This document shows, piece by piece, positions 25,951 through 33,035 of a DNA stretch of 64,000 nt. The stretch is taken from assembly GCA_030699455.1 (NCBI GenBank), contig JAUYMN010000008.1, positions 6,271 through 70,270 of the forward strand, written 5' to 3'. Source of the DNA: Nanobdellota archaeon. Its GTDB lineage: Archaea; Nanobdellota; Nanobdellia; SCGC-AAA011-G17; UBA489. The translations under genes and the position numbers were made by a program. Each line of letters opens with the position of its first letter. Position 1 is the stretch's first letter. The notes under the pieces were generated by a model. It was not told where the DNA came from. It made no database searches and was given only the letters and a program-made list of their open reading frames with translations.

Positions 25951-26163
25951 ATGAAATATAGAATAACAATGGAACAAGACGAAAAAGGCATTTATGTTGT
26001 AGAATGTCCAATTCTTCCTGGATGTATATCTGAAGGTTTAACTAGAAAGGAGGCCTTAGATAATATTAAAGATGCTATTAAAGGATATATAGACAGTCTA
26101 AAAAAGCATAATGAGCCAATACCTCTATCAATTGATGAGGAAATGGTGGAAGTAAATGCCTAA
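25951..26163 (+). CDS. hicB: HicB-family antitoxin
   Basis: 70 aa, YVVECPILPGCISEGLTRKEALDNIKDAI (UPF0150/HicB fold pattern). Overlaps the hicA start. Confidence 0.8.
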   Translation: MKYRITMEQDEKGIYVVECPILPGCISEGLTRKEALDNIKDAIKGYIDSLKKHNEPIPLSIDEEMVEVNA

Positions 26164-26385
26164 ACTTCTTTCGAATCTTTCTGGCTTAAAACTTGTAAAA
26201 TTATTTTCTAAATTAGATTATGAATAGATCATCAAACCGGCAGTCATATAATATTAAGACAGAATAAATATCCATTTAGAAGGTTAACTATACCAAAACA
26301 TAAGTCACTAGCAAAAGGCACATTAAGAGCAATTATAAAACAATCTGGACTAACAAAAGAGGAATTTTTAAAGTTTCTAACCTAA
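26156..26385 (+). pseudogene. hicA: hicA toxin, frameshifted
   Basis: MPKLLSNLSGLKLVKLFSKLDYE then TAG at 26225. The homologous remainder (GSHIILRQ...TIPKHKSLAKGTLRAIIKQSGLTKEEFLKFL) continues in the -1 frame from 26224 to 26385. Confidence 0.7.
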
Positions 26386-26459
26386 TTGTGCCATCAGAAA
26401 TTGTACATAACTTCTGCTATATTGTCTGGGGTTTATCCCCAGATTAACCCGTTAGGGTT
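26384..26459 (+). repeat. right arm of the hicBA cassette plus degenerate junction core
   Basis: aattgtgccatcagaaa is the inverted partner of 25904-25921. Then ttgtacataacttctGCTATAT, hairpin tctgggg/ccccaga (26425-26443), and aacccGTTAgggtt. Confidence 0.6.
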
Positions 26460-26661
26460 GAAGTATGACGCAAGAACCAACATTAAGGAGTTTTGAACAA
26501 ATTGACCGTAACTGATTAGCTGGCGAGACTAAGCCACAGTTGCTAATAGGTTGCCTTTCATAATGGGATGCTGTATGGCTTCAGAAAATTACAAGAGAAG
26601 CTATTGAAGGGAATAAGGAGAAAAGTACGAAGCCGAGATTGATTTAGACATCATCTTTTGG

Positions 26662-27588
26662 CTAATTCCATTTGAGCATCTCATTATAAAATGCTTCTGC
26701 TTGTTTTTGATCAAATTTATCTGGGTCTCCTAAACACCTTGTTTCAACAAAATTCTTGTTCTCATCGTAAATGTTCCATATAACATACTTGTAGGTCTTT
26801 CCTATATCTCCAGTTTCAGAAATTATTGTTTTTTCAATGTATGCATTAACATTGCCCATTCCAAAGAAATAAGTGTAACCTCCGCAGTAGTACTTGTTAA
26901 GGTTTTCACCTTCTTTAGTTCCCTTTCTACAATTAGCAGATCCTTTTATTGTCCATCCATCATAAGTTTTCCCACTTATATCTGTGGTTTCATAAGGTGT
27001 TCCTTCATTGTGAAATTTCATTTCCACATTAATCTGTGGGCAATTAGATTTAAGGGTTTTTGAAAATTTCTCAGTACCTTTTTTGAATATACCTTCAAAC
27101 TGGTTATTTGATTTTGTTGTCAGATTGGTTTCAAAATTAGAACTACTCCCATAATGAATTTCTTGTTGATCTGAATTGTGTATCAGGTATAATGTAATTG
27201 CAATCACAAAAATCCACAAAAATAAATTTGAATGATCCATTCTAGATATCCTTACAAGATATGCTACCAAAACCAGTCCAACAGCTGTAAAGATAATGCT
27301 TGCCACATAATCAATAATTCCAAGATAATTAGCAAGAATAAATAGCACCCATATCGCACCAGTATTTATTACTCCCCAAAACAAAAAGGATTTGTCAACA
27401 ATAAATTTTTGTTTTGTAGTAAATATCTTTGCAAATTTTGCTAATATTGTTAATCCAAAACCCATAAAAATCAGCTGAAAGAAACTGTTCTCAATGTTTA
27501 AGTAATTTAAGAGATAACCCAAAACATACAATGAAATAGAGTGAATGACAATCCAAATTAAAGACCATTTCAAACTAAAGTTTTTCAT
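26662..27588 (-). CDS. membrane protein with extracytoplasmic C-terminal domain, hypothetical
   Basis: 308 aa with about 5 N-terminal TM helices, then a soluble Cys-containing domain. Confidence 0.5.
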   Translation of the reverse strand: MKNFSLKWSLIWIVIHSISLYVLGYLLNYLNIENSFFQLIFMGFGLTILAKFAKIFTTKQKFIVDKSFLFWGVINTGAIWVLFILANYLGIIDYVASIIFTAVGLVLVAYLVRISRMDHSNLFLWIFVIAITLYLIHNSDQQEIHYGSSSNFETNLTTKSNNQFEGIFKKGTEKFSKTLKSNCPQINVEMKFHNEGTPYETTDISGKTYDGWTIKGSANCRKGTKEGENLNKYYCGGYTYFFGMGNVNAYIEKTIISETGDIGKTYKYVIWNIYDENKNFVETRCLGDPDKFDQKQAEAFYNEMLKWN

Positions 27589-27960
27589 TTTTGTTGCGTT
27601 TCATATTCTGGAATTCTTCTTTTCACTTGCTTCCGCCCACATGAACCCAATTTTTTTTGAAGATAGAAATCATCTTTTCTCTAGCTCCATAATCTGTCTT
27701 AATTAAGAGATATAAAAAGTTTGTCTATGGATATTTTGCAAAGTTAAAGAATGGTATCACCTTTTTTCTTAAGAAAAAGAGTGGAAATGGGAGCAAACTC
27801 CTAAAAGGAGGTACCCACCATGAATGGCATTTGAGACAGCAAATGCCATTCAAGAGATATAACAATTATTACTAGTAAATTATTCCGTTCACATGATTTC
27901 TAAGTTTTATTCTATCCATAATGCCAAAATTGATAGGACGTTCGTACTTCAATGTATGTA

Positions 27961-28509
27961 TCAAGTAAAAATTTCCATAATTTTTTCAATAGAAATTTCT
28001 TGGTTAATTATGGATAAAAGAATTATTAAAAAAATAATAACAATGATTGATAGAATTATTTTTGATGCTATGGTTTTTCTTTCATATTTTTCTTCATTCG
28101 GCTGGTTTTTTTGTTCTATAGTTGGTGTTGGTTTTATGTAATCTCCTTTTTTAAATTTCTTAGTAAATTTTTCAATATCCCTATCCAATTGTTCATTCTT
28201 AAATTTTTTTTCTATTGATACTTTTTTTCTTCTGTTTTTTATTTTATTTATTCTGCCATAATCTCCATTGCATCCATGTTCTTCTGGAAGTCTGCAATTT
28301 TCACAATGAGATTCATCACAGTAATTACACACAAAAGGTATATGATTTATTTCTTTTTCACAAGAATCACACTTATTTTTAGGTCTTGGTTTTCTTCTCC
28401 GCCCCATTCTTCTTTGGTTCCAAGCATGTTCATCAAAATCCTCTTCTTCATACTCTTCCCTATCATTCTCATCTTCTTCTCTATCCCATCTCTTAGAAAA
28501 AGTTCCCAT
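27961..28509 (-). CDS. AN1-like zinc-finger protein with C-terminal membrane anchor
   Basis: CDSCEKEINHIPFVCNYCDESHCENCRLPEEHGC is close to the AN1 pattern. Charged N-terminus and a C-terminal TM. Confidence 0.55.
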   Translation of the reverse strand: MGTFSKRWDREEDENDREEYEEEDFDEHAWNQRRMGRRRKPRPKNKCDSCEKEINHIPFVCNYCDESHCENCRLPEEHGCNGDYGRINKIKNRRKKVSIEKKFKNEQLDRDIEKFTKKFKKGDYIKPTPTIEQKNQPNEEKYERKTIASKIILSIIVIIFLIILLSIINQEISIEKIMEIFT

Positions 28510-28511
28510 TT

Positions 28512-29252
28512 TCAGCAGAAATTTTGTGTTACGTAGATATCATACCAATTTCCTTCTGAACTCTCAAGAACAGAAACTCCAATTCCATGGTTCCTATGGT
28601 GGGGAGTAAGTATATTTTCTCTATGTCCTGGGCTACTCATCCAACCATTGACTATATTTTCGGCTACTTCTCCCATTGTACAAGGATGGGAATGAGTAGC
28701 ACCTACAACGATCAGTTCTCTAGTGATGTCATAATAATCCAATGCAAGATTCTCAGCTCCCTCGGATAAATAGGTTTCGTATTGTTGTGTAGTAATTTCA
28801 TAAATGCCATATTCACCTTCTTCTATCTCAGTTTCTTCTGGATAGTATATTGTATCGATTGGAACTGAACAATAATAATTTGCTTGTTTGTATCTATAGT
28901 CAAATCTATTTCCTTCAAGATCTTCATGTTCAAAATGTTTGTTTTTGGCCATATAGTCACTATACTTTCTTGCAATTTGGTTTAATTCTTCATCCCATTT
29001 TAACATATTAAGTTTGGCATTCTTTCTTTCAACCCTTACCTTCCTATGTATCAACAATTCTAATTCTTCAACATTGATATCTTCACATTGAATATTGCTT
29101 TCAAAAGAGTTGGTTTCATCTTTATAGCTTTCTGTGCTAATATCATCAAAATCCAAAAAATAAATACCTACCAAAAAAATAGAACCAATAACTAAAAGTG
29201 GAATAATCCGGCTTGTTGGAATTATAACTAAAAAGCCTTTCTTTCTATACAT
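28512..29252 (-). CDS. CAP/SCP/PR-1-like domain protein, membrane-anchored
   Basis: N-terminal TM, with KWDEELNQIARKYSDYM, GAENLA and NGWMSSPGHRENIL motifs. Confidence 0.75.
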   Translation of the reverse strand: MYRKKGFLVIIPTSRIIPLLVIGSIFLVGIYFLDFDDISTESYKDETNSFESNIQCEDINVEELELLIHRKVRVERKNAKLNMLKWDEELNQIARKYSDYMAKNKHFEHEDLEGNRFDYRYKQANYYCSVPIDTIYYPEETEIEEGEYGIYEITTQQYETYLSEGAENLALDYYDITRELIVVGATHSHPCTMGEVAENIVNGWMSSPGHRENILTPHHRNHGIGVSVLESSEGNWYDIYVTQNFC

Positions 29253-29475
29253 TCTGCCATTGACGGGATATAGGTCTCTTTTAAATTTTTAGGTCCTGGG
29301 TAACTGATTAGCTACTTTTGAAACGGAGTTCAATTCAGCCTTCTTTTGTAGAATTTTTGTATTATACGGACAAAAAGGATGTTAAATTAGCCTCTATTTG
29401 ACATAGCTAATCAGTTACAATTGACCAAAAGATTTAAATATGTGTAATCACATTTCTACACATAGGTGATCAAAA

Positions 29476-29700
29476 ATGACTAATTTAACATTAGCAATTC
29501 CAGAAGATTTGCATGAAAAAATGAAACATCACTCTGAAATAAGATGGAGTGAAGTAGTGAGAAAATCAATCTCTCAGAAGATTGAATTATTAGATGCAAT
29601 GAATAAAATTGCAAGTAAAAGTAAGTTAACAAAGAAAGATGTAGATGAAATCTCAAAGAAAATTAAAGCAGAAACATTTGATGAGTTAAACAAAAAATGA
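29476..29700 (+). CDS. vapB: VapB-like antitoxin (ribbon-helix-helix-like)
   Basis: 74 aa, LTLAIPEDLHEKMK N-terminus. ATGA overlap with the PIN gene. SD-like GGTGAT upstream. Confidence 0.6.
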   Translation: MTNLTLAIPEDLHEKMKHHSEIRWSEVVRKSISQKIELLDAMNKIASKSKLTKKDVDEISKKIKAETFDELNKK

Positions 29701-30116
29701 TCATCATTATTGATGTTAATGTTTTTCTTTCTGCTTTAATTAAGGATTCAACTTCAAGAGAAATTTTGTTAACATACGAGCAAGAATTTTGTTTTCCAGA
29801 GAGATCATTGCAGAAAATACGAAAGCATAAATCTCTTATTCAAAAGAAGTCTGAACTTTCTGATTTAGATTTTCTGAAGTTGTTTCATTCTTTATTAAAG
29901 TTTATCAGAATCATTCCTGATGAAGAATTATTAGATCAATGGGATGAAGCGATGAAAATAATGGCACACATTGATGAAGAAGATGTGACTTTTATTGCAG
30001 CAGCATTGAGTCAGAATAATGCAGTAATCTGGTCTGATGATAAGCATTTTGAGAAACAGGATAAAGTGTTTACACTAAAAACAAAAGATTTGGTCAATTT
30101 ATTTGAGAATAACTAA
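29697..30116 (+). CDS. vapC: PIN-domain toxin
   Basis: IIIDVNVFLSALI N-terminal acidic residue, EEDVTFIAAA, and WSDDKHF. Confidence 0.75.
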   Translation: MIIIIDVNVFLSALIKDSTSREILLTYEQEFCFPERSLQKIRKHKSLIQKKSELSDLDFLKLFHSLLKFIRIIPDEELLDQWDEAMKIMAHIDEEDVTFIAAALSQNNAVIWSDDKHFEKQDKVFTLKTKDLVNLFENN

Positions 30117-30156
30117 TTTCAAAACGCCTCTCTTTTCTTTGTTGGTTCTGAGTAAT

Positions 30157-30235
30157 ATTCAATATAATGCCTGTTATGTTCTCCGAACGAAGTGAGGACA
30201 AGCGAACGAAGTGAGTGAAGAGTTCAAAAAAGACT
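30157..30235 (+). repeat. junction-core repeat with duplicated iteron
   Basis: attcaatataatgcctGTTATGTtctccgaacgaagtgag. cgaacgaagtgag occurs twice (30184-30196, 30203-30215). Then the left inverted-repeat arm ttcaaaaaagact (30223-30235). Confidence 0.65.
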
Positions 30236-30280
30236 TTCTATGTGGTAATATATCTCAAAAGATATAAACTCCTTAAAAAT

Positions 30281-30595
30281 TTATCTTGGAGAATAAGGTA
30301 ATTGTGGGACAGAATATCGTGTTTTAAATTCTCTATTTATTCTTTCGATCTTGTTATGAATGTACTCCATTTGACCATATAGCCGACAATCTGCGATACA
30401 GTTCTCTTTACCACCACTATCTTGAAACGATTGGTGTGCTTCTTTGAAATCATTATCTAACATTTCTATAAGGGCGTCTAAACCATGGGCTGATATTTTA
30501 TGTTTCATAACTACTAATAAGTTACAAATTATATATAAATCTAACGGTTTTTCTATGGTTCTGACGGGCTTTCTCATGATAATTGAGCTTATCAT
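30281..30595 (-). CDS. hypothetical protein
   Basis: 104-aa ORF bracketed by the 13-bp inverted repeat 30223-30235/30604-30616. On the minus strand, ATTATATTC from the core lies about 27 nt upstream of the start. Confidence 0.4.
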   Translation of the reverse strand: MISSIIMRKPVRTIEKPLDLYIICNLLVVMKHKISAHGLDALIEMLDNDFKEAHQSFQDSGGKENCIADCRLYGQMEYIHNKIERINREFKTRYSVPQLPYSPR

Positions 30596-30614
30596 GATGC
30601 TACAGTCTTTTTTG

Positions 30615-30722
30615 AATTGAATATAATTTCTGTTAGTTTCTCCGAATGAAATGAGAACGAGATTTTAGTGCAACGATGCTGAAGGCAAAAATCTCGAGTT
30701 CTGGGCTTGCCGAAAATTCGTT
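30615..30722 (+). repeat. junction-core repeat, full unit without payload
   Basis: aattgaatataatttctGTTAGTTtctccgaatgaaatgag. Stem cgagatttt (30658-30666) / aaaatctcg (30688-30696) with loop agtgcaacg... and an extrahelical ag. Right arm gcttgccgaaaattcgtt. Confidence 0.7.
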
Positions 30723-30792
30723 GTTATTGTAGTTGTTGAAAAATAAGTTATTAACTCTCAAGTGGTAAAAGAAACGAAAGATTTATAAAGTA
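30709..30792 (+). repeat. cassette 5' flank repeat A, copy 2
   Basis: Partner of 25117-25200. Confidence 0.85.
30782..30790 (+). promoter_or_regulatory. TATA box (TTTATAAAG)
   Basis: About 29 nt upstream of the ATG at 30815. Confidence 0.5.
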
Positions 30793-30814
30793 ATTAGTTT
30801 TCGTAAGTATTACA

Positions 30815-31126
30815 ATGAAACTATATCAAAAAATTGCAACATATACATTTATTGGTGCTGCAAGTTTAGGATTATTTGGTTGTGATAAAAAAGATTCACA
30901 ACGAGCAACTGAACAACCATTACCAGCTGAAATGAGAACATATGAAGTTAGCCCATATGTATTTGGTAAATCTAAAATTAATTATGACCATTTACCAAAT
31001 CTAGGATGGTCGGACATGATTGGGGTAACTTGCGGAGATTTAGATGGTGATGGAGATTTAGAAGTGATTGTTGCAACAAAAGATGGATTAACAATTTACG
31101 AAAACAGAACAGAACAAAAAAGATAA
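30815..31126 (+). CDS. lipobox lipoprotein with FG-GAP-like repeat
   Basis: IGAASLGLFGC signal and lipobox-like Cys, plus CGDLDGDGDLEVIVATKDG. Confidence 0.6.
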   Translation: MKLYQKIATYTFIGAASLGLFGCDKKDSQRATEQPLPAEMRTYEVSPYVFGKSKINYDHLPNLGWSDMIGVTCGDLDGDGDLEVIVATKDGLTIYENRTEQKR

Positions 31127-31283
31127 ATTCTTTCGTTCTATAATTTTTATTTTTCAACAATTTCTTTAAATTTTTGTTAGACAAAGTTACGAAGTAATTT
31201 TGTGAGTTTTCTTTTATGATTTTAACGAAGATAACAACATTAGAATTTTTGGTTTTAACCTCTGTGAGGTGAGCCCCGAATTG
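31127..31283 (+). repeat. cassette 3' flank repeat B, copy 2
   Basis: Partner of 25606-25763. Similarity ends at gagccccgaattg, the last recognisable array sequence. Confidence 0.85.
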
Positions 31284-31478
31284 TGTTGAACAATATATAT
31301 GCGAAGAAGCACGAATTCCTATATTTTAGACGTTATGAAGGCATTATTTGGAAGATTGAGTTAGAAAAACTGTTTTCTTTTATGTGTAGTAAAAACAACT
31401 TATTTTTGACTTTTAACCGCATTTTCTTCGATTTTTTTGAATTAAGTTTTTTTAAGAGTTTATAGTAACTGGTTTTAA

Positions 31479-32184
31479 TGGCTTTGGATGTGCTTTATAA
31501 CATGAAAAGAGAGTTGTTTAGGAGGAAGCTGTCTCCAAGAACTGTTAAAACATACCTGCTGTATGTTAGATTATTTCTTCGAGCAAATAAAGACATCAAG
31601 AAACTCGCGAATCTGCTTTAGGCTTCTTCGCAGTATTTACTACAATTCTTGATTAAATCTAACCATCAATTCTCACTTAAGTCTTTTTTATCAACCGCCA
31701 TCATAACTTTCATAAAATCATTAGGAACCAGAAGTTTATCAAACATAGATGACGTTAACTTTACAGCTGGTGAAAAGGCTTAAATAATTTTGCGGGATGG
31801 ATTGAGTACACTGAAGCGCTACAATAATGGTCTACTCAATTTTAATCTTTATGGGAGAAGAAATTCAGAATCAATACACTAGTGGGGTATGAACTTAAAA
31901 TTATTGCTAAAGGCAATGCGCCTGGAATTTGACAGGTTAATTCTACAACATATGCTCCTGACGAAATTGCAGTTTCTGCCATGAAGTATGTTTAAGATGC
32001 TATTGAAAATGATGGAGCATTAATGAGGCAGTCTGATAGAATTACTACAATAGACAGGCCTATGATTAAAATTGTTTGCTCTGATAGTTACACATTAGTG
32101 CACCCAGCAACTATTGAAGATATGTTAAAGTACAGAAGAGGGCATGGGACAATGGCAAGAAAGCTGGCTCCATCAAGACCATAA
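31479..32184 (+). pseudogene. tyrosine recombinase/integrase, heavily decayed
   Basis: N-terminal SAM-like domain signature KLSPRTVKTYLLYVRLFL, then an in-frame TAG at 31620-31622. The frame continues (FLIKSNHQFSLKSFLSTAIITFIKSLG) to a TAA at 31782. Downstream fragments in shifted frames resemble catalytic-domain blocks (LLNFNLYGRRNSES; LKIIAKGNAPG; RRGHGTMA). No ORF of 60 aa or more across 31.47-32.19 kb. Confidence 0.6.
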
Positions 32185-32189
32185 CAGGC

Positions 32190-32963
32190 TTAAACAAATT
32201 CTATGAATAACAGGAGATACATAATTGCTATGCCTAATAAAAATATTGACAATTCTGATAATGATTGTGTAATGCCTTTGTCTTTATGCAGATGTATCTG
32301 CGGTATTAAATCAGATGCAGCTATGTAAATAAATCCTCCAGATGTTATTGGTATAAGATAATTCGGCAGTGATGATAAATTTGAGCTTAATAACAAAGTT
32401 ATGACTGCTCCTAAAATTGCGGTCAATGCTGTTATAAAATTAAGAAATACTGCTCTTGTTTTTTTAAAGCCTGCATGCAATAATACTCCAAAATCTCCAA
32501 TTTCCTGCGGTATTTCGTGCAATATGACTGCTATTGTTGTTGCAATTCCAAGAGGAACGCTTACTATGAAACTTCCTGCAATCAATATTCCATCAATAAA
32601 ATTGTGCAATGAATCTCCAACAAGGTTCATTATGGCGTATGAAGGTGTTTGTTTTTTGTGATGGTGCAAGTGACAATGCCCCCAATGAACAAATTTTTCT
32701 AATATGAAAAATATTATGATCCCCAATAAAATAAATAATGAAATATTTAGTGTAAATCCTGATTCTGCTGCTTCAGGGATTAAGTGTATGAATGCATCTC
32801 CAAGCATAACTCCTGCTGAAAGACTTACTAATAAAATTATTGTCTTATCTAGATGATTTTTTTTGAATGAAATGCTTGCAAGACCAACAAGGGAAATTAA
32901 GCTTACTATAATCACGCTTAGTAAGGTATACCCCCAAATGTTCACCTCTTGAATACCAAACAT
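32190..32963 (-). CDS. ZIP-family metal transporter
   Basis: HNFIDG, HEIPQEIGDFG, a His-rich loop HCHLHHHK, and multiple TMs. Confidence 0.85.
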   Translation of the reverse strand: MFGIQEVNIWGYTLLSVIIVSLISLVGLASISFKKNHLDKTIILLVSLSAGVMLGDAFIHLIPEAAESGFTLNISLFILLGIIIFFILEKFVHWGHCHLHHHKKQTPSYAIMNLVGDSLHNFIDGILIAGSFIVSVPLGIATTIAVILHEIPQEIGDFGVLLHAGFKKTRAVFLNFITALTAILGAVITLLLSSNLSSLPNYLIPITSGGFIYIAASDLIPQIHLHKDKGITQSLSELSIFLLGIAIMYLLLFIEFV

Positions 32964-33035
32964 ATTGCTGATATATTAAATTCTTTTATAAACGTTTTGC
33001 CAAATGTTTTTATAGATGCATAATTTCCTAATCTT

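Larger units (their letters stand above)
26508..29418. mobile_element. 2.9-kb non-autonomous transposon-like element (14-bp TIRs, 8-bp TSD)
   Basis: GTAACTGATTAGCT at 26508-26521 and its exact reverse complement at 29405-29418. Both abut the direct repeat AATTGACC (26500-26507 and 29419-26). Carries three minus-strand genes and no transposase. An extra direct TIR copy lies at 29300-29313. Confidence 0.7.

Noticed and set aside
20734-30655. Possibility that the conserved junction core is protein-coding. The minus strand of three copies translates to VL(T/I)SFGE(H/T)NRNYIQ, with apparently synonymous differences.
   Set aside because: Other copies (25028, 25759) carry a 5-nt indel that breaks the frame, no start codon is conserved, and flanking frames close quickly. 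Nucleotide-level conservation fits better. A dN/dS test on more copies would still be worthwhile.
20751-30729. Calling the units canonical integron attC sites.
   Set aside because: By hand I could not place an RYYYAAC (R'') 60-130 nt upstream of a complementary GTTRRRY (R') on either strand. Unit ends carry GTTA in direct orientation, and sequence is conserved on both sides of the box. It is reported as attC-like or novel, pending a covariance-model search.
20734-31283. CRISPR array interpretation of the recurring motif.
   Set aside because: Repeats are about 40-100 nt, imperfect and irregularly spaced (74 nt to 3.7 kb). They are separated by expressed genes rather than uniform spacers, and no cas genes are present.
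31283-31465. 60-aa ORF between the array end and the recombinase pseudogene.
   Set aside because: It is Phe/Leu-rich and low-complexity, with no promoter spacing or motif. The region is more plausibly non-coding (attI-like or promoter space).
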